From assembly GCA_964016885.1 (NCBI GenBank), contig OZ024743.1:322462001-322526000 (forward strand): a stretch of DNA of 64,000 nucleotides, read 5' to 3'. This stretch comes from Eledone cirrhosa. Its lineage: Eukaryota. The notes beneath the pieces were generated by a model that was given only the letters and a program-made list of their open reading frames with translations, searched no databases and had not been told where the DNA came from. Of this stretch, positions 15,001-29,850 are shown piece after piece; the stretch's first letter is position 1, and every line of letters begins with the position of its first letter. The translations under genes and the position numbers were made by a program.

Positions 15001-18000
15001 CTTGGAGCTTCAGTAAAAGACACTTACCCACCTCTATCTGGGTCCTTAACTTTGAGCTACAGTAAAACATACTTACCCACCTGATCTGGGTCCTTAAATT
15101 GGAGCTACAGTAAAAGACACTTACCCACCTCGATCTCTGTCCTTAACTTGGAGCTACATTAAAACACACTTACCCACCTCGATTTGGGTCCTTAACTTGG
15201 AGCTACAGTAAAACACACTTACCCACCTCGATCTTGGTACTTAACTTGGAGCTACAGTAAAACATACTTACCCACCTCTATCTGGGTCCTTAACTTGGAG
15301 CTACTGTAAAACACACTTACCCACACCGATCTGCGTCCTTAACTTAGAGCTACAGTAAAAGACACTTACCCACCTCGATCTGGGTCCTTAACTTGGAGCT
15401 ACAATAAAACACACTTACTCACATTGATCTGGGTCCTTAACTTGGAGATACAGTAAAAGACACTTACCCCCATCGATCTGGGTCCTTAACTTGGAGCTAC
15501 AGTAAATGACACTTACCCACCTCATCTGGGTCCTTAACTTGGAGCTACAGTAAAACACACTTACCAACCTAGATCTGGGACCTTAAATTGGAGCTACAGT
15601 AAATCCCACTTACCCCCCTCATCTGGGTCCTTAACTTGGAGCTACAGTAAAACACACATACCCAACCTAGATCTGGGTCCTTAACGTGGATCTACCGTAC
15701 AACATATTTACCCACCCTGATCTGGGTCCTTAACTTTGAGCTACAGTAAAAGACACTTACCCACCTCGATATGGGTCCTTGACTTGGAGCTACAGTAAAA
15801 GACACTTACCCATCTCGATCTGGGTCCTTAACTTGGAGCTAGAGTAAAACACTTACCCATCTCTATCTGGGTCCTTAACTTGGAGCTACAATAAAACACA
15901 CTTACCCACCTCAATCTGGTTCCTTAACTTCGAGCGACAGTAAAACACACTTACCCACCTTGATCTGGGTCCTTAACTTGGAGCTACAGTAAAACACACT
16001 TACCCACCTCGATCTGGGTCCTTAACTTGGAGCTACAGTAATACACACATACCCAACCTAGATCTGGGTCCTTAACTTGGAACTACAGTAAAACATACTT
16101 ACCCACCTCGATCTGTGTCCTTAACTTGGAGCTGCATTAAAAGACACTTACCCACCTTTTCTGGGTCCTTAACTTGGAGCTACAGTAAAACACACTTACC
16201 CACCTCGATCTGTGTCCTTAACTTGGAGCTACAGTTAAACACACATAACCAACCTAGATCTGGGTCCATAACTTGGAGCTACAGTAAAACATACTTACCA
16301 ACCTCTATCTGGGTCCTTAACTTGGCGCTACAGTAAAACACACTTACCCACCTCCATCTGCGTGCTTAACTTAGAGCTACAGTAAAAGACACTTACCCAC
16401 CTCGATCTGGGTCCTTAACTTGGAGCTACAATAAAACACACTTACCCACCTCAATCTGGTTCCTTAACTTGGAGCTACAGTAAAACACACTTACCCACCT
16501 CGATCTGGGTCCTTAACTCGGAGCTACAGTAAAATACACTTACCCACCTCGATCTGGGTACCTAACTTGGAGCTACAGTAAAACATACTTACCCACCTCG
16601 ATCTGGGTTCTTAACTTGGAGCTACAGTAAAACACACTTAGCCACCTCGATCTGGGTCCTTAACTTGGAGCTACAGTAAAACACACTTACTCACCTCGAT
16701 CTGGGTCCTTAACTTGGAGCTACAGTAAAAGTCACTTACACACCTTGATCTGGGTCCTTAACTTGGCGCTACAGTAAAACACACTTACCCACCTCGATCT
16801 GCGTGCTTAACTTAGAGCTACAGTAAAAGACACTTACCCACATTGATCTGGGTCCTTAACTTGGAGCTACAATAAAACACACTTACCCAGATTGATCTGG
16901 GTCCTTAACTTGGAGCTACAGTAAAAGACACTTACCCACATCGATCTGGGTTTAACTTGGAGTTACAGTAAAATATAGTTACCTACCTCTATCTGGGTCC
17001 TTAACTTGGAGCTACAGTAAAACACACTTACCCACCTCGATCTGCGTTCTTAACTTAGAGCTACAGTAAAAGAGACTTACCCACCTTGATCTGGGTCCTT
17101 AACTTGGAGCTACAATAAAACACACTTACCCAGATTGATCTGGGTCCTTAACTTGGAGCTACAGTAAAAGACACTTACCCACATCGATCTGGGTCCTTAA
17201 CTTGGAGCTACAGTAAAACATATTTACCCACCTTGATCTGGGTCATTAACTTGGAGCTACAGTATAACACATTTACCCACCTCGATCTGGGTCCTTAACT
17301 TGGAGCTACAGTAAAACACACATACCCAAACTAGATCTGGGCCTTAACTTGGAGCTACAGTAAAACATACTTACCCACCTCGATCTGGGTTCTTAACTTG
17401 GAGCTACAGTAAAACACACTTACCCACCTCGATCTGGGTCCTTAACTTGGAGCTACAGTAAAACACACTTACCCACCTCGATCTGGGTCCTTAACTTGGA
17501 GCTACAGTAAAACACACTTACCCACCTCGATCTGGGTACTTTACTTGGAGCTACAATAAAAGACACTTACCCACCTCGATCTGGAACCTTAACTTTTAGC
17601 TACAGTAAAAGACACTCACCCACCTGTATCTGGGTCCTTAACTTGGAGCTACAATAAAACACATTTACCCACATTGATCTGGGTCCTTAACTTGGAGCTA
17701 CAGTTAAAGACACTTACCCACCTCTATCTGGGTCCTTAACTTAGAGCTACAGTAAAACGCACTTACCCACCTTGATCTGGGTACTTAACTTGGAGATACA
17801 GTAAAAGACACTTACCCCCATCGATCTGGGTCCTTAACTTGGAGCTACAGTAAATGACACTTACCCACCTCATCTGGGTCCTTAACTTGGAGCTACAGTA
17901 AAACACACTTACCAACCTAGATCTGGGACCTTAAATTGGAGCTACAGTAAATCCCACTTACCCCCCTCATCTGGGTCCTTAACTTGGAGCTACAGTAAAA

Positions 18001-21000
18001 CACACATACCCAACCTAGATCTGGGTCCTTAACGTGGATCTACCGTACAACATATTTACCCACCCTGATCTGGGTCCTTAACTTTGAGCTACAGTAAAAG
18101 ACACTTACCCACCTCGATATGGGTCCTTGACTTGGAGCTACAGTAAAAGACACTTACCCATCTTGATCTGGGTCCTTAACTTGGAGCTAGAGTAAAACAC
18201 TTACCCATCTCTATCTGGGTCCTTAACTTGGAGCTACAATAAAACACACTTACCCACCTCAATCTGGTTCCTTAACTTCGAGCGACAGTAAAACATACTT
18301 ACCCACCTCGATCTGTGTCCTTAACTTGGAGCTGCATTAAAAGACACTTACCCACCTTTTCTGGGTCCTTAACTTGGAGCTACAGTAAAACACACTTACC
18401 CACCTCGATCTGTGTCCTTAACTTGGAGCTACAGTTAAACACACATAACCAACCTAGATCTGGGTCCATAACTTGGAGCTACAGTAAAACATACTTACCA
18501 ACCTCTATCTGGGTCCTTAACTTGGCGCTACAGTAAAACACACTTACCCACCTCCATCTGCGTGCTTAACTTAGAGCTACAGTAAAAGACACTTACCCAC
18601 CTCGATCTGGGTCCTTAACTTGGAGCTACAATAAAACACACTTACCCACCTCAATCTGGTTCCTTAACTTGGAGCTACAGTAAAACACACTTACCCACCT
18701 CGATCTGGGTCCTTAACTCGGAGCTACAGTAAAATACACTTACCCACCTCGATCTGGGTACCTAACTTGGAGCTACAGTAAAACATACTTACCCACCTCG
18801 ATCTGGGTTCTTAACTTGGAGCTACAGTAAAACACACTTAGCCACCTCGATCTGGGTCCTTAACTTGGAGCTACAGTAAAACACACTTACTCACCTCGAT
18901 CTGGGTCCTTAACTTGGAGCTACAGTAAAAGTCACTTACACACCTTGATCTGGGTCCTTAACTTGGCGCTACAGTAAAACACACTTACCCACCTCGATCT
19001 GCGTGCTTAACTTAGAGCTACAGTAAAAGACACTTACCCACATTGATCTGGGTCCTTAACTTGGAGCTACAATAAAACACACTTACCCAGATTGATCTGG
19101 GTCCTTAACTTGGAGCTACAGTAAAAGACACTTACCCACATCGATCTGGGTTTAACTTGGAGTTACAGTAAAATATAGTTACCTACCTCTATCTGGGTCC
19201 TTAACTTGGAGCTACAGTAAAACACACTTACCCACCTCGATCTGCGTTCTTAACTTAGAGCTACAGTAAAAGAGACTTACCCACCTTGATCTGGGTCCTT
19301 AACTTGGAGCTACAATAAAACACACTTACCCAGATTGATCTGGGTCCTTAACTTGGAGCTACAGTAAAAGACACTTACCCACATCGATCTGGGTCCTTAA
19401 CTTGGAGCTACAGTAAAACATATTTACCCACCTTGATCTGGGTCATTAACTTGGAGCTACAGTATAACACATTTACCCACCTCGATCTGGGTCCTTAACT
19501 TGGAGCTACAGTAAAACACACATACCCAAACTAGATCTGGGCCTTAACTTGGAGCTACAGTAAAACATACTTACCCACCTCGATCTGGGTTCTTAACTTG
19601 GAGCTACAGTAAAACACACTTACCCACCTCGATCTGGGTCCTTAACTTGGAGCTACAGTAAAACACACTTACCCACCTCGATCTGGGTCCTTAACTTGGA
19701 GCTACAGTAAAACACACTTACCCACCTCGATCTGGGTACTTTACTTGGAGCTACAATAAAAGACACTTACCCACCTCGATCTGGAACCTTAACTTTTAGC
19801 TACAGTAAAAGACACTCACCCACCTGTATCTGGGTCCTTAACTTGGAGCTACAATAAAACACATTTACCCACATTGATCTGGGTCCTTAACTTGGAGCTA
19901 CAGTTAAAGACACTTACCCACCTCTATCTGGGTCCTTAACTTAGAGCTACAGTAAAACGCACTTACCCACCTTGATCTGGGTACTTAACTTGGAGCTACA
20001 GTATAACACACTTACCCACCTCGATCTGGGTCCTTAACTTGGAGCTACAGTAAAACACTCTTACCCACCTCGATCTGGGTCCTTAACTTGAAGCTACAGT
20101 AAATGACACTTACCCGCCCCTTGATCTGGGTCCTTAACTTGGAGCTACAGTAAAACACATTTACCCACCTAGATCTGGGTCCTTAACTTGGAGCTACAGT
20201 AAAACATACTCACCCACCTCGATCTGGGTCCTTAACTTGGAGCTTCAGTAAAAGACACTTACCCACCTCTATCTGGGTCCTTAACTTTGAGCTACAGTAA
20301 AACATACTTACCCACCTCAATCTGGGTCCTTAACTTGGAGCTACAATAAAACACACTTACCCACATTGATCTGGGTCCTTAACTTGGAGATACAGTAAAA
20401 GACACTTACCCCCATCGATCTGGGTCCTTAACTTGGAGCTACAGTAAATGACACTTACCCACCTCATCTGGGTCCTTAACTTGGAGCTACAGTAAAACAC
20501 ACTTACCAACCTAGATCTGGGACCTTAAATTGGAGCTACAGTAAATCCCACTTACCCACCTCATCCGGGTCCTTAACTTGGAGCTACAGTAAAACACACA
20601 TATCCAACCTAGATCTGGGTCCTTAACTTGGATCCACCGTAAAACATATTTACCCACCCTGATCTGGGTCCTTAACTTTGAGCTACAGTAAAAGACACTT
20701 ACCCACCTCGATATGGGTCCTTGTATTGGAGCTACAGTAAAAGACACTTACCCATCTCGATCTGGGTCCTTAACTTGGAGCTAGAGTAAAACACTTACCC
20801 ATCTCTATCTGGGTCCTTAACTTGGAGCTACAATAAAACACACTTACCCACCTCAATCTGGTTCCTTAACTTCGAGCGACAGTAAAAGACACTTACCCAC
20901 CTTGATCTGGGTCCTTAACTTGGAGCTACAGTAAAACACACTTACCCACCTCGATCTGGGTCCTTAACTTGGATCTACAGTAATACACATATACCCAACC

Positions 21001-24000
21001 TAGATCTGGGTCCTTAACTTGGAACTACAGTAAAACATACTTACCCACCTCGATCTGTGTCCTTAACTTGGAGCTGCATTAAAAGACACTTACCCACCTT
21101 TTCTGGGTCCTTAACTTGGAGCTACAGTAAAACACACTTACCCACCTCGATCTGTGTCCTTAACTTGGAGCTACCGTAAAACATACTTACCCACCTCGAT
21201 CTGGGTCCTTTACTTGGAGCTACAGTAAATGACACTTACCCACCTCGATCTGGGTCCTTAACTTGCAGCTACAGTAAAACACACTTACCCACCTAGATCT
21301 GGGCCTTTAACTTGGAGCTACGATAAAACACACTTACCCACCTCGATCTGGGTCCTTAACTTGGAACTACAGTAAAACATATTACCCACCTCGATCTGGG
21401 TCCTTAACTTGGAGCTACAGTAAAAGAAACTTACCCCCATGATCTGGGTCCTTAACTTGGAGCTACAGTAAAATACACTTACCCACCTTGATCTGGGTCC
21501 TTAACTTGGAGCTACAGCAAAAGACACTTACCCACCTAGTTCTTGGTCCTTAACTCGGAGCTACAGTAAAAGACACTTACCCACCTTGATCTGGGTCCTT
21601 AACTTGGAGCTACAGTAAAAGACACTTACCCACCTCGATCTGGGTCCTTAACTTGGCGCTACAGTAAAACACACTTACCCACCTTGATCTGCGTGCTTAA
21701 CTTAGAGCTACAGTAAAAGACACTTACCCACCTCGATCTGGGTCCTTAACTTGGAGCTACAATAAAACACACTTACCCACCTCGATCTGGGTCCTTAACT
21801 TGGAGCTACAGTAAATGATACTTATCCACCTCGATCTGGGTACTTAACTTGGAGCTACTGCAAAAGACACTTACCCACCTTGATCTGGGTCCTTAACTTG
21901 CAGTTACAGTAAAAGACACTTACCCACCTCAATCTCTGTCCTTAACTTGGAGCTACAGTAAAACACACTTACCAACCTCGATCTGGGTCCTTAACTTGGA
22001 GCTACAGTAAAACACACATACCCACCTCGATCTGGGTACTTAACTTGGAGCTACAGTAAAAGACACTTACCCACCTCGATCTGGGTTTAACTTGGAGCTA
22101 CAGTAAAACATACTTACCAACCTCTATCTGGGTCCTTAACTTGGCGCTACAGTAAAACACACTTACCCACCTCGATCTGCGTGCTTAACTTAGAGCTACA
22201 GTAAAAGACACTTACCCACCTCGATCTGGGTCCTTAACTTGGACCTACAATAAAACACACTTACCCACCTCAATCTGGTTCCTTAACTTGGAGCTACAGT
22301 AAAACACACTTACCCACCTCGATCTGGGTCCTTAACTCCGATCTACAGTAAAATACACTTACCCACCTCGATCTGGGTACCTAACTTGGTGCTACAGTAA
22401 AAGACACTTACCCACCTCGATCTGGGTTTAACTTGGAGCTACAGTAAAACATACTTACCCACCTCTATCTGGGTCCTTAATTTGGAGCTACAGTAAAAGA
22501 CACTTACCCACCTCGATCTCCGTCCTTAACTTAGAGCTACAGTAAAAGACACTTACCCACCTTGATCTGGGTCCTGAACTTGGAGCTACAATAAAACACA
22601 CTTACCAACCTCAATCTGGTTCCTTAACTTCGAGCGACAGTAAAACACACTTACCCACCTTGATCTGGGTCCTTAACTTTGAGCTACAGTAAAACACACT
22701 TACCCACCTCGATCTGGGTCCTTAACTTGGAGCTACAGTAATACACACATACCCAACCTAGATCTGGGTCCTTAACTTGGAACTACAGTAAAACATACTT
22801 ACCCACCTTGATCTGGGTCCTTAACTTGGAGCTACAGTAAAAGACACTTACCCACCTCGATCTGTGTCCTTAACTTGGAGCTGCAGTAAAAGACACTTAC
22901 CCACCTTTTCTGGGTCCTTAACTTGGAGCTACAGTAAAAGACACTTACCCACCTCGATCTGTGTCCTTAACTTGGAGCTACAGTTAAACACACATAACCA
23001 ACCTAGATCTGGTTCCATAACTTGGAGCTACAGTAAAACATACTTACCCACCTGATCTGGGTCCTTAACTTGGAGATACAGTAAAAGATACTTATCCACC
23101 TCGATCTGGGTCCTTAACTTGGAGCTACAGTAGAACACACATACCCAACCTAGATCTGGGTCCTTAACTTGGGGCTACAGTAAAACATACTTACCCACCT
23201 CGCACTGGGTCCTTTACTTGGAGCTACAGTAAATGACACTTACCCACCTCGATCTGGGTCCTTAACTTGCAGCTACAGTAAAACACACTTACCCACCTAG
23301 ATCTGGACCTTTAACTTGGAGCTACGATAAAACACACTTACCCACCTTGATCTGGGTCCTTAACTTGGAACTACAGTAAAACATATTACCCACCTCGATC
23401 TGGGTCCTTAACTTGGAGCTACAGTAAAACACACTTACCCACCTTGATCTGGGTCCTTAACTTGGAGCTACAGCAAAAGACACTTACCCACCTCGTTCTT
23501 GGTCCTTAACTCGGAGCTACAGTAAAACACACTTACCCACCTTGATCTGGGTCCTTAACTTGTAGCTACAGTAAAAGACACTTACCCACCTCGATCTGGG
23601 TCCTTAACTTGGCGCTACAGTAAAACACACTTACCCACCTTGATCTGCGTGCTTAACTTAGAGCTACAGTAAAAGACACTTACCCACCTCGATCTGGGTC
23701 CTTAACTTGGAGCTACAATAAAACACACTTACCCACCTCGATCTGGGTCCTTAACTTGGAGCTACAGTAAAAGATACTTATCCACCTCGATCTGGGTACT
23801 TAACTTGGATCTACTGCAAAAGACACTTACCCACCTCGATCTGGGTCCTTAACTTGGAGCTACAATAAAACACACTTACCCACCTCGATCTGTGTCCTTA
23901 ACTTGGAGCTACAGTAAAAGATACTTATCCACCTCGATCTGGGTACTTAACTTGGAGCTACTGCAAAAGACACTTACCCACCTTGATCTGGGTCCTTAAC

Positions 24001-27000
24001 TTGGAGTTACAGTAAAAGACATTTACCCACCTCTATCTCTGTCCTTAACTTGGAGCTACAGTAAAACACACTTACCCACCTCGATCTGGGTCCTTAACTT
24101 GGAGCTACAGTAAAACACACATACCCACCTCGATCTGGGTACTTAACTTGGAGCTACAGTAAAAGACACTTACCCACCTCGATCTGGGTTTAACTTGGAG
24201 CTACAGTAAAACATACTTACCAACCTCTATCTGGGTCCTTAACTTGGCGCTACAGTAAAAGACACTTACCCACCTCGATCTGGGTCCTTAACTTGGAGCT
24301 ACAGTAAAACACACTTACCCACCTCGATCTGGGTCCTTAACTCGGAGCTACAGTAAAATACACTTACCCACCTCGATCTGGGTACTTAACTTGGAGCTAC
24401 AGTAAAACATACTTACCCACCTCGATCTGGGTTCTTAACTCGGAGCTACAGTAAAACACACTTTGCCACCTCGATCTGGGTCCTTAACTTGGAGCTACAG
24501 TAAAACACACTTACCCACCTCGATCTAGGTCCTTAACTTGGAGCTACAGTAAAACACACTTACTCACCTCGATCTGGGTCCTTAACTTGGAGCTACAGTA
24601 AAAGTCACTTACACACCTTGATCTGGGTCCTTAACTTGGCGCTACAGTAAAACACACTTACCCACCTCGATCTGGGTCCTTAACTTGGAGGTACAATAAA
24701 ACACACTTACCCACCTTGATCTGGGTCCTTAACATGGAGCTACAGTAAAACACACTTACACACCTCGATCTGGGTCCTTAACTTGGAGCTACAATAAAAC
24801 ACACTTACCCACCTCAATCTGGTTCCTTAACTTGGAGCTACAGTAAAACACACTTACCCACCTCGATCTGGGTCCTTAACTCCGATCTACAGTAAAATAC
24901 ACTTACCCACCTCGATCTGGGTACCTAACTTGGTGCTACAGTAAAAGACACTTACCCACCTTGATCTGGGTTTAACTTGGAGCTACAGTAAAACATACTT
25001 ACCCACCTCTATCTGGGTCCTTAATTTGGAGCTACAGTAAAAGACACTTACCCACCTCGATCTCCGTCCTTAACTTAGAGCTACAGTAAAAGACACTTAC
25101 CCACCTTGATCTGGGTCCTGAACTTGGAGCTACAATAAAACACACTTACCAACCTCAATCTGGTTCCTTAACTTCGAGCGACAGTAAAACACACTTACCC
25201 ACCTTGATCTGGGTCCTTAACTTTGAGCTACAGTAAAACACACTTACCCACCTCGATCTGGGTCCTTAACTTGGAGCTACAGTAATACACACATACCCAA
25301 CCTAGATCTGGGTCCTTAACTTGGAACTACAGTAAAACATACTTACCCACCTTGATCTGGGTCCTTAACTTGGAGCTACAGTAAAAGACACTTACCCACC
25401 TCGATCTGTGTCCTTAAGTTGGAGCTGCAGTAAAAGACACTTACCCACCTTTTCTGGGTCCTTAACTTGGAGCTACAGTAAAAGACACTTACCCACCTCG
25501 ATCTGTGTCCTTAACTTGGAGCTACAGTTAAACACACATAACCAACCTAGATCTGGTTCCATAACTTGGAGCTACAGTAAAACATACTTACCCACCTGAT
25601 CTGGGTCCTTAACTTGGAGATACAGTAAAAGATACTTATCCACCTCGATCTGGGTCCTTAACTTGGAGCTACAGTAGAACACACATACCCAACCTAGATC
25701 TGGGTCCTTAACTTGGGGCTACAGTAAAACATACTTACCCACCTCGCACTGGGTCCTTTACTTGGAGCTACAGTAAATGACACTTACCCACCTCGATCTG
25801 GGTCCTTAACTTGCAGCTACAGTAAAACACACTTACCCACCTAGATCTGGACCTTTAACTTGGAGCTACGATAAAACACACTTACCCACCTTGATCTGGG
25901 TCCTTAACTTGGAACTACAGTAAAACATATTACCCACCTCGATCTGGGTCCTTAACTTGGAGCTACAGTAAAAGAAACTTACCCCCATGATCTGGGTCCT
26001 TAACTTGGAGCTACAGTAAAACACACTTACCCACCTTGATCTGGGTCCTTAACTTGGAGCTACAGCAAAAGACACTTACCCACCTCGTTCTTGGTCCTTA
26101 ACTCGGAGCTACAGTAAAACACACTTACCCACCTTGATCTGGGTCCTTAACTTGTAGCTACAGTAAAAGACACTTACCCACCTCGATCTGGGTCCTTAAC
26201 TTGGCGCTACAGTAAAACACACTTACCCACCTTGATCTGCGTGCTTAACTTAGAGCTACAGTAAAAGACACTTACCCACCTCGATCTGGGTCCTTAACTT
26301 GGAGCTACAATAAAACACACTTACCCACCTCGATCTGGGTCCTTAACTTGGAGCTACAGTAAAAGATACTTATCCACCTCGATCTGGGTACTTAACTTGG
26401 ATCTACTGCAAAAGACACTTACCCACCTCGATCTGGGTCCTTAACTTGGAGCTACAATAAAACACACTTACCCACCTCGATCTGTGTCCTTAACTTGGAG
26501 CTACAGTAAAAGATACTTAGCCACCTCGATCTGGGTACTTAACTTGGAGCTACTGCAAAAGACACTTACCCACCTTGATCTGGGTCCTTAACTTGGAGTT
26601 ACAGTAAAAGACATTTACCCACCTCTATCTCTGTCCTTAACTTGGAGCTACAGTAAAACACACTTACCCACCTCGATCTGGGTCCTTAACTTGGAGCTAC
26701 AGTAAAACACACATACCCACCTCGATCTGGGTACTTAACTTGGAGCTACAGTAAAAGACACTTACCCACCTTGATCTGGGTTTAACTTGGAGCTACAGTA
26801 AAACATACTTACCAACCTCTATCTGGGTCCTTAACTTGGCGCTACAGTAAAAGACACTTACCCACCTCGATCTGGGTCCTTAACTTGGAGCTACAGTAAA
26901 ACACACTTACCCACCTCGATCTGGGTCCTTAACTCGGAGCTACAGTAAAATACACTTACCCACCTCGATCTGGGTACTTAACTTGGAGCTACAGTAAAAC

Positions 27001-28367
27001 ATACTTACCCACCTCGATCTGGGTTCTTAACTCGGAGCTACAGTAAAACACACTTTGCCACCTCGATCTGGGTCCTTAACTTGGAGCTACAGTAAAACAC
27101 ACTTACCCACCTCGATCTAGGTCCTTAACTTGGAGCTACAGTAAAACACACTTACTCACCTCGATCTGGGTCCTTAACTTGGAGCTACAGTAAAAGTCAC
27201 TTACACACCTTGATCTGGGTCCTTAACTTGGCGCTACAGTAAAACACACTTACCCACCTCGATCTGCGTGCTTAACTTAGAGCTACAGTAAATTGATCTG
27301 GGTCCTTAACTTGGAGCTACAATAAAACACACTTACCCAGTTTGATCTGGGTCCTTAACTTGGAGCTACAGTAAAAGACACTTACCCACATCGATCTGAG
27401 TTTAACTTGGAGTTACAGTAAAACATACTTACCCACCTCTATCTGGGTCCTTAACTTGGAGCTACAGTAAAACACACTTACCCACCTCGATCTGCGTTCT
27501 TAACCTAGAGCTACAGTAAAAGACACTTATCCACCTTGATCTGGGTCCTTAACTTGGAGCTACAATAAAACACACTTACCCAGATTGATCTGGGTCCTTA
27601 ACTTGGAGCTACAGTAAAAGACACTTACCCACATCGATCTGGGTCCTTAACTTGGAGCTACAGTAAATCCCACTTACCCACCTTGATCTGGGTCCTTAAC
27701 TTGGAGCTACAGTATAACACATTTACCCACCTCGATCTGGGTCCTTAACTTGGAGCTACAATAAAACACATTTACCCACATTGATCTGGGTCCTTAACTT
27801 GGAGCTACAGTTAAAGACACTTACCCACCTCGATCTGGGTCCTTAACTTGGAGCTACAGTAAAACACACTTACCCACCTTGATCTGGGTCCTTAACTTGG
27901 AGCTACAGTATAACACACTTACCCACCTCGATCTGGGTCCTTAACTTGGAGCTACAGTAAAACACCCTTACCCACCTCGATCTGGGTCCTTAACTTGGAG
28001 CTACAGTAAATGACACTTACCCCCCCTTGATCTGGGTCCTTAACTTGGAACTACAGTAAAACACATTTACCCACCTAGATCTGGGTCCTTAACTTGGAGC
28101 TACAGTAAAACATACTCACCCACCTCGATCTGGGTCCTTAACTTGGAGCTTCAGTAAAAGACACTTACCCACCTCTATCTGGGTCCTTAACTTTGAGCTA
28201 CAGTAAAACATACTTACCCACCTCGATCTGGGTCCTTACATTGGAGCTTCAGTAAAAGACACTTACCCACCTCTATCTGGGTCCTTAACTTTGAGCTACA
28301 GTAAAACATACTTACCCACCTTGATCTGGCTCCTTAACTTGGAGCTACAGTAAAAGACACTTACCCA
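1..28367. repeat. 49-bp tandem satellite array (about 580 monomers, open at the left edge) with higher-order repeats
   Basis: Consensus GGAGCTACAGTAAAA(C/G)ACACTTACCCACCTCGATCTGGGTCCTTAACTT recurs every 49 nt (starts at 1, 50, 99...). Monomers are directly adjacent, with point variants and occasional short deletions. The array stops abruptly after TTACCCA at 28367. Confidence 0.99.
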
Positions 28368-28452
28368 AGAAACCACACTGTGCGATAAAACATAGAACCA
28401 ATGTTTTCTGGGTAAAATTCGATCGACATCAGTCGTATATAGAGAGAAATAT
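28365..28452 (-). other. Candidate 88-nt host exon whose splice donor is the first satellite monomer
   Basis: Minus strand reads tttgtttgtgtgtgtatggtAG|ATATTTCTCTC...GGTTTCTTGG|GTAAGT. It is unique sequence open in two frames (e.g. YFSLYTTDVDRILPRKHWFYVLSHSVVSW). No homology recognised. Confidence 0.3.
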
Positions 28453-28549
28453 CTACCATACACACACAAACAAATGAATGTATATTTATATGCTTGTCTG
28501 TGTAATGTTTATGTTTCTATGTATGTATCTCACTTTCTTTCTACACGCG

Positions 28550-28558
<9 letters not shown>

Positions 28559-28643
<85 letters not shown>

Positions 28644-28837
28644 ATGTATGTATGATGTATGTATGTATGTATGTATATATGTATGTATATATATGTATGC
28701 ATATGTGTATATATATATATATTGAGAGTGTTGAGAATGTGAGAACTCCTGTTTGTATTCTCTCTCATGTTAAGTACATATTCGCTTTGTTAACTTGGTA
28801 GCTTTTTAATCCAAGGTTAGCCGACAATAACATTTAA

Positions 28838-28912
<75 letters not shown>

Positions 28913-28983
28913 TATATACATATATATATACATATATATATACATATATATATACATATATATATATACATATATATATATAC

Positions 28984-29030
<47 letters not shown>

Positions 29031-29047
29031 CATATATATATATGTAC

Positions 29048-29081
<34 letters not shown>
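28559..29081. repeat. (TA)n / (TATG)n / (TACA)-interrupted microsatellites
   Basis: Directly visible. Similar tracts recur throughout 28.5-62.3 kb and produce the YIYI/VCVC/HTHT pseudo-ORFs. Confidence 0.95.
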
Positions 29082-29082
<1 letters not shown>

Positions 29083-29215
29083 CCGATGGGCTGAACGAGT
29101 GTGACTTTTTAGTCCAGCCAGCGACTTGAAAACTCTGGTACAAACACTACACTTGTGACAATTATTGACACATATTGCTGGCACCATGGTACCATGTGAC
29201 GACAAGTGCAAAGAG
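29083..29215 (-). mobile_element. 3' end fragment of an RTE-type LINE ORF (C-terminal C2H2 finger)
   Basis: Minus translation [23 protein letters not shown] matches the CxxC..F.S..GL.SH.R end typical of RTE-clade ORFs and abuts a (TA)n tract. Confidence 0.5.
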
Positions 29216-29577
29216 ATCTCCAGATATAAAGCAATGTCTGTGCCGTGAAGCTTTTATAGTGAGCAAAGGCACTGCACAAAGCCAGTCCCACTCTCTTAAC
29301 CAAGATGATATTTACCAAAAAGAAGAACAAGTCAACAACATTGGATACCATCAGGGTTGCAGGTGTTATATCAGAGTTTTCCTTCTCCTAGAATTCTGCC
29401 TTGACAAAGGCTAAGGGGTTATCGCTCCCGGTGATTTTGGATGGCCATTGACTCTTAAGAGCTCCTTTGCCCTTTGACAGGTTTTGTTTTTAGTCCTGCA
29501 GGATGTCCAAAGTCACCCTCCTCACCAAGAAACCTTGGTGGGGTTGTCAGTTTAGTCGCCAACGACCCGACCATGAG

Positions 29578-29669
29578 ACATACATACATACATACATACA
29601 TACATACATACATACATACATACATACATACATACATACATACATACATACATACATACATACATACAT
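29578..29669. repeat. (TACA)n microsatellite
   Basis: Perfect tetranucleotide run. Confidence 0.95.
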
Positions 29670-29850
29670 AACGATAGACATAGACATAAACGTCTACTCA
29701 TAGCACACATACGCATAAATGCCTACGGACACTCACACAGAGACACACACATATAAATGCTTACAGACTCACAAACACACACACACATACATGTTAGATG
29801 AATCTGACACTGGGTTTGATGATGAGCATTTCTGCTGATTTCATTTCTCA

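Noticed and set aside
234-25599. Repeated 61-105 aa ORFs (MSLTWSCSKRHLPT...)
   Set aside because: These are chance open frames in a 49-bp repeat. They were useful only as markers of higher-order periodicity.
1-28367. CRISPR-like array
   Set aside because: Monomers are contiguous with no unique spacers, there are no cas genes, and the context is eukaryotic.
1-28367. Each monomer as a 20-nt intron plus 29-nt exon encoding LQVKDPDRG (cadherin DxD-like)
   Set aside because: 20 nt is far below usual animal intron size, 29 nt does not preserve frame, and the peptide match is too short to be meaningful.
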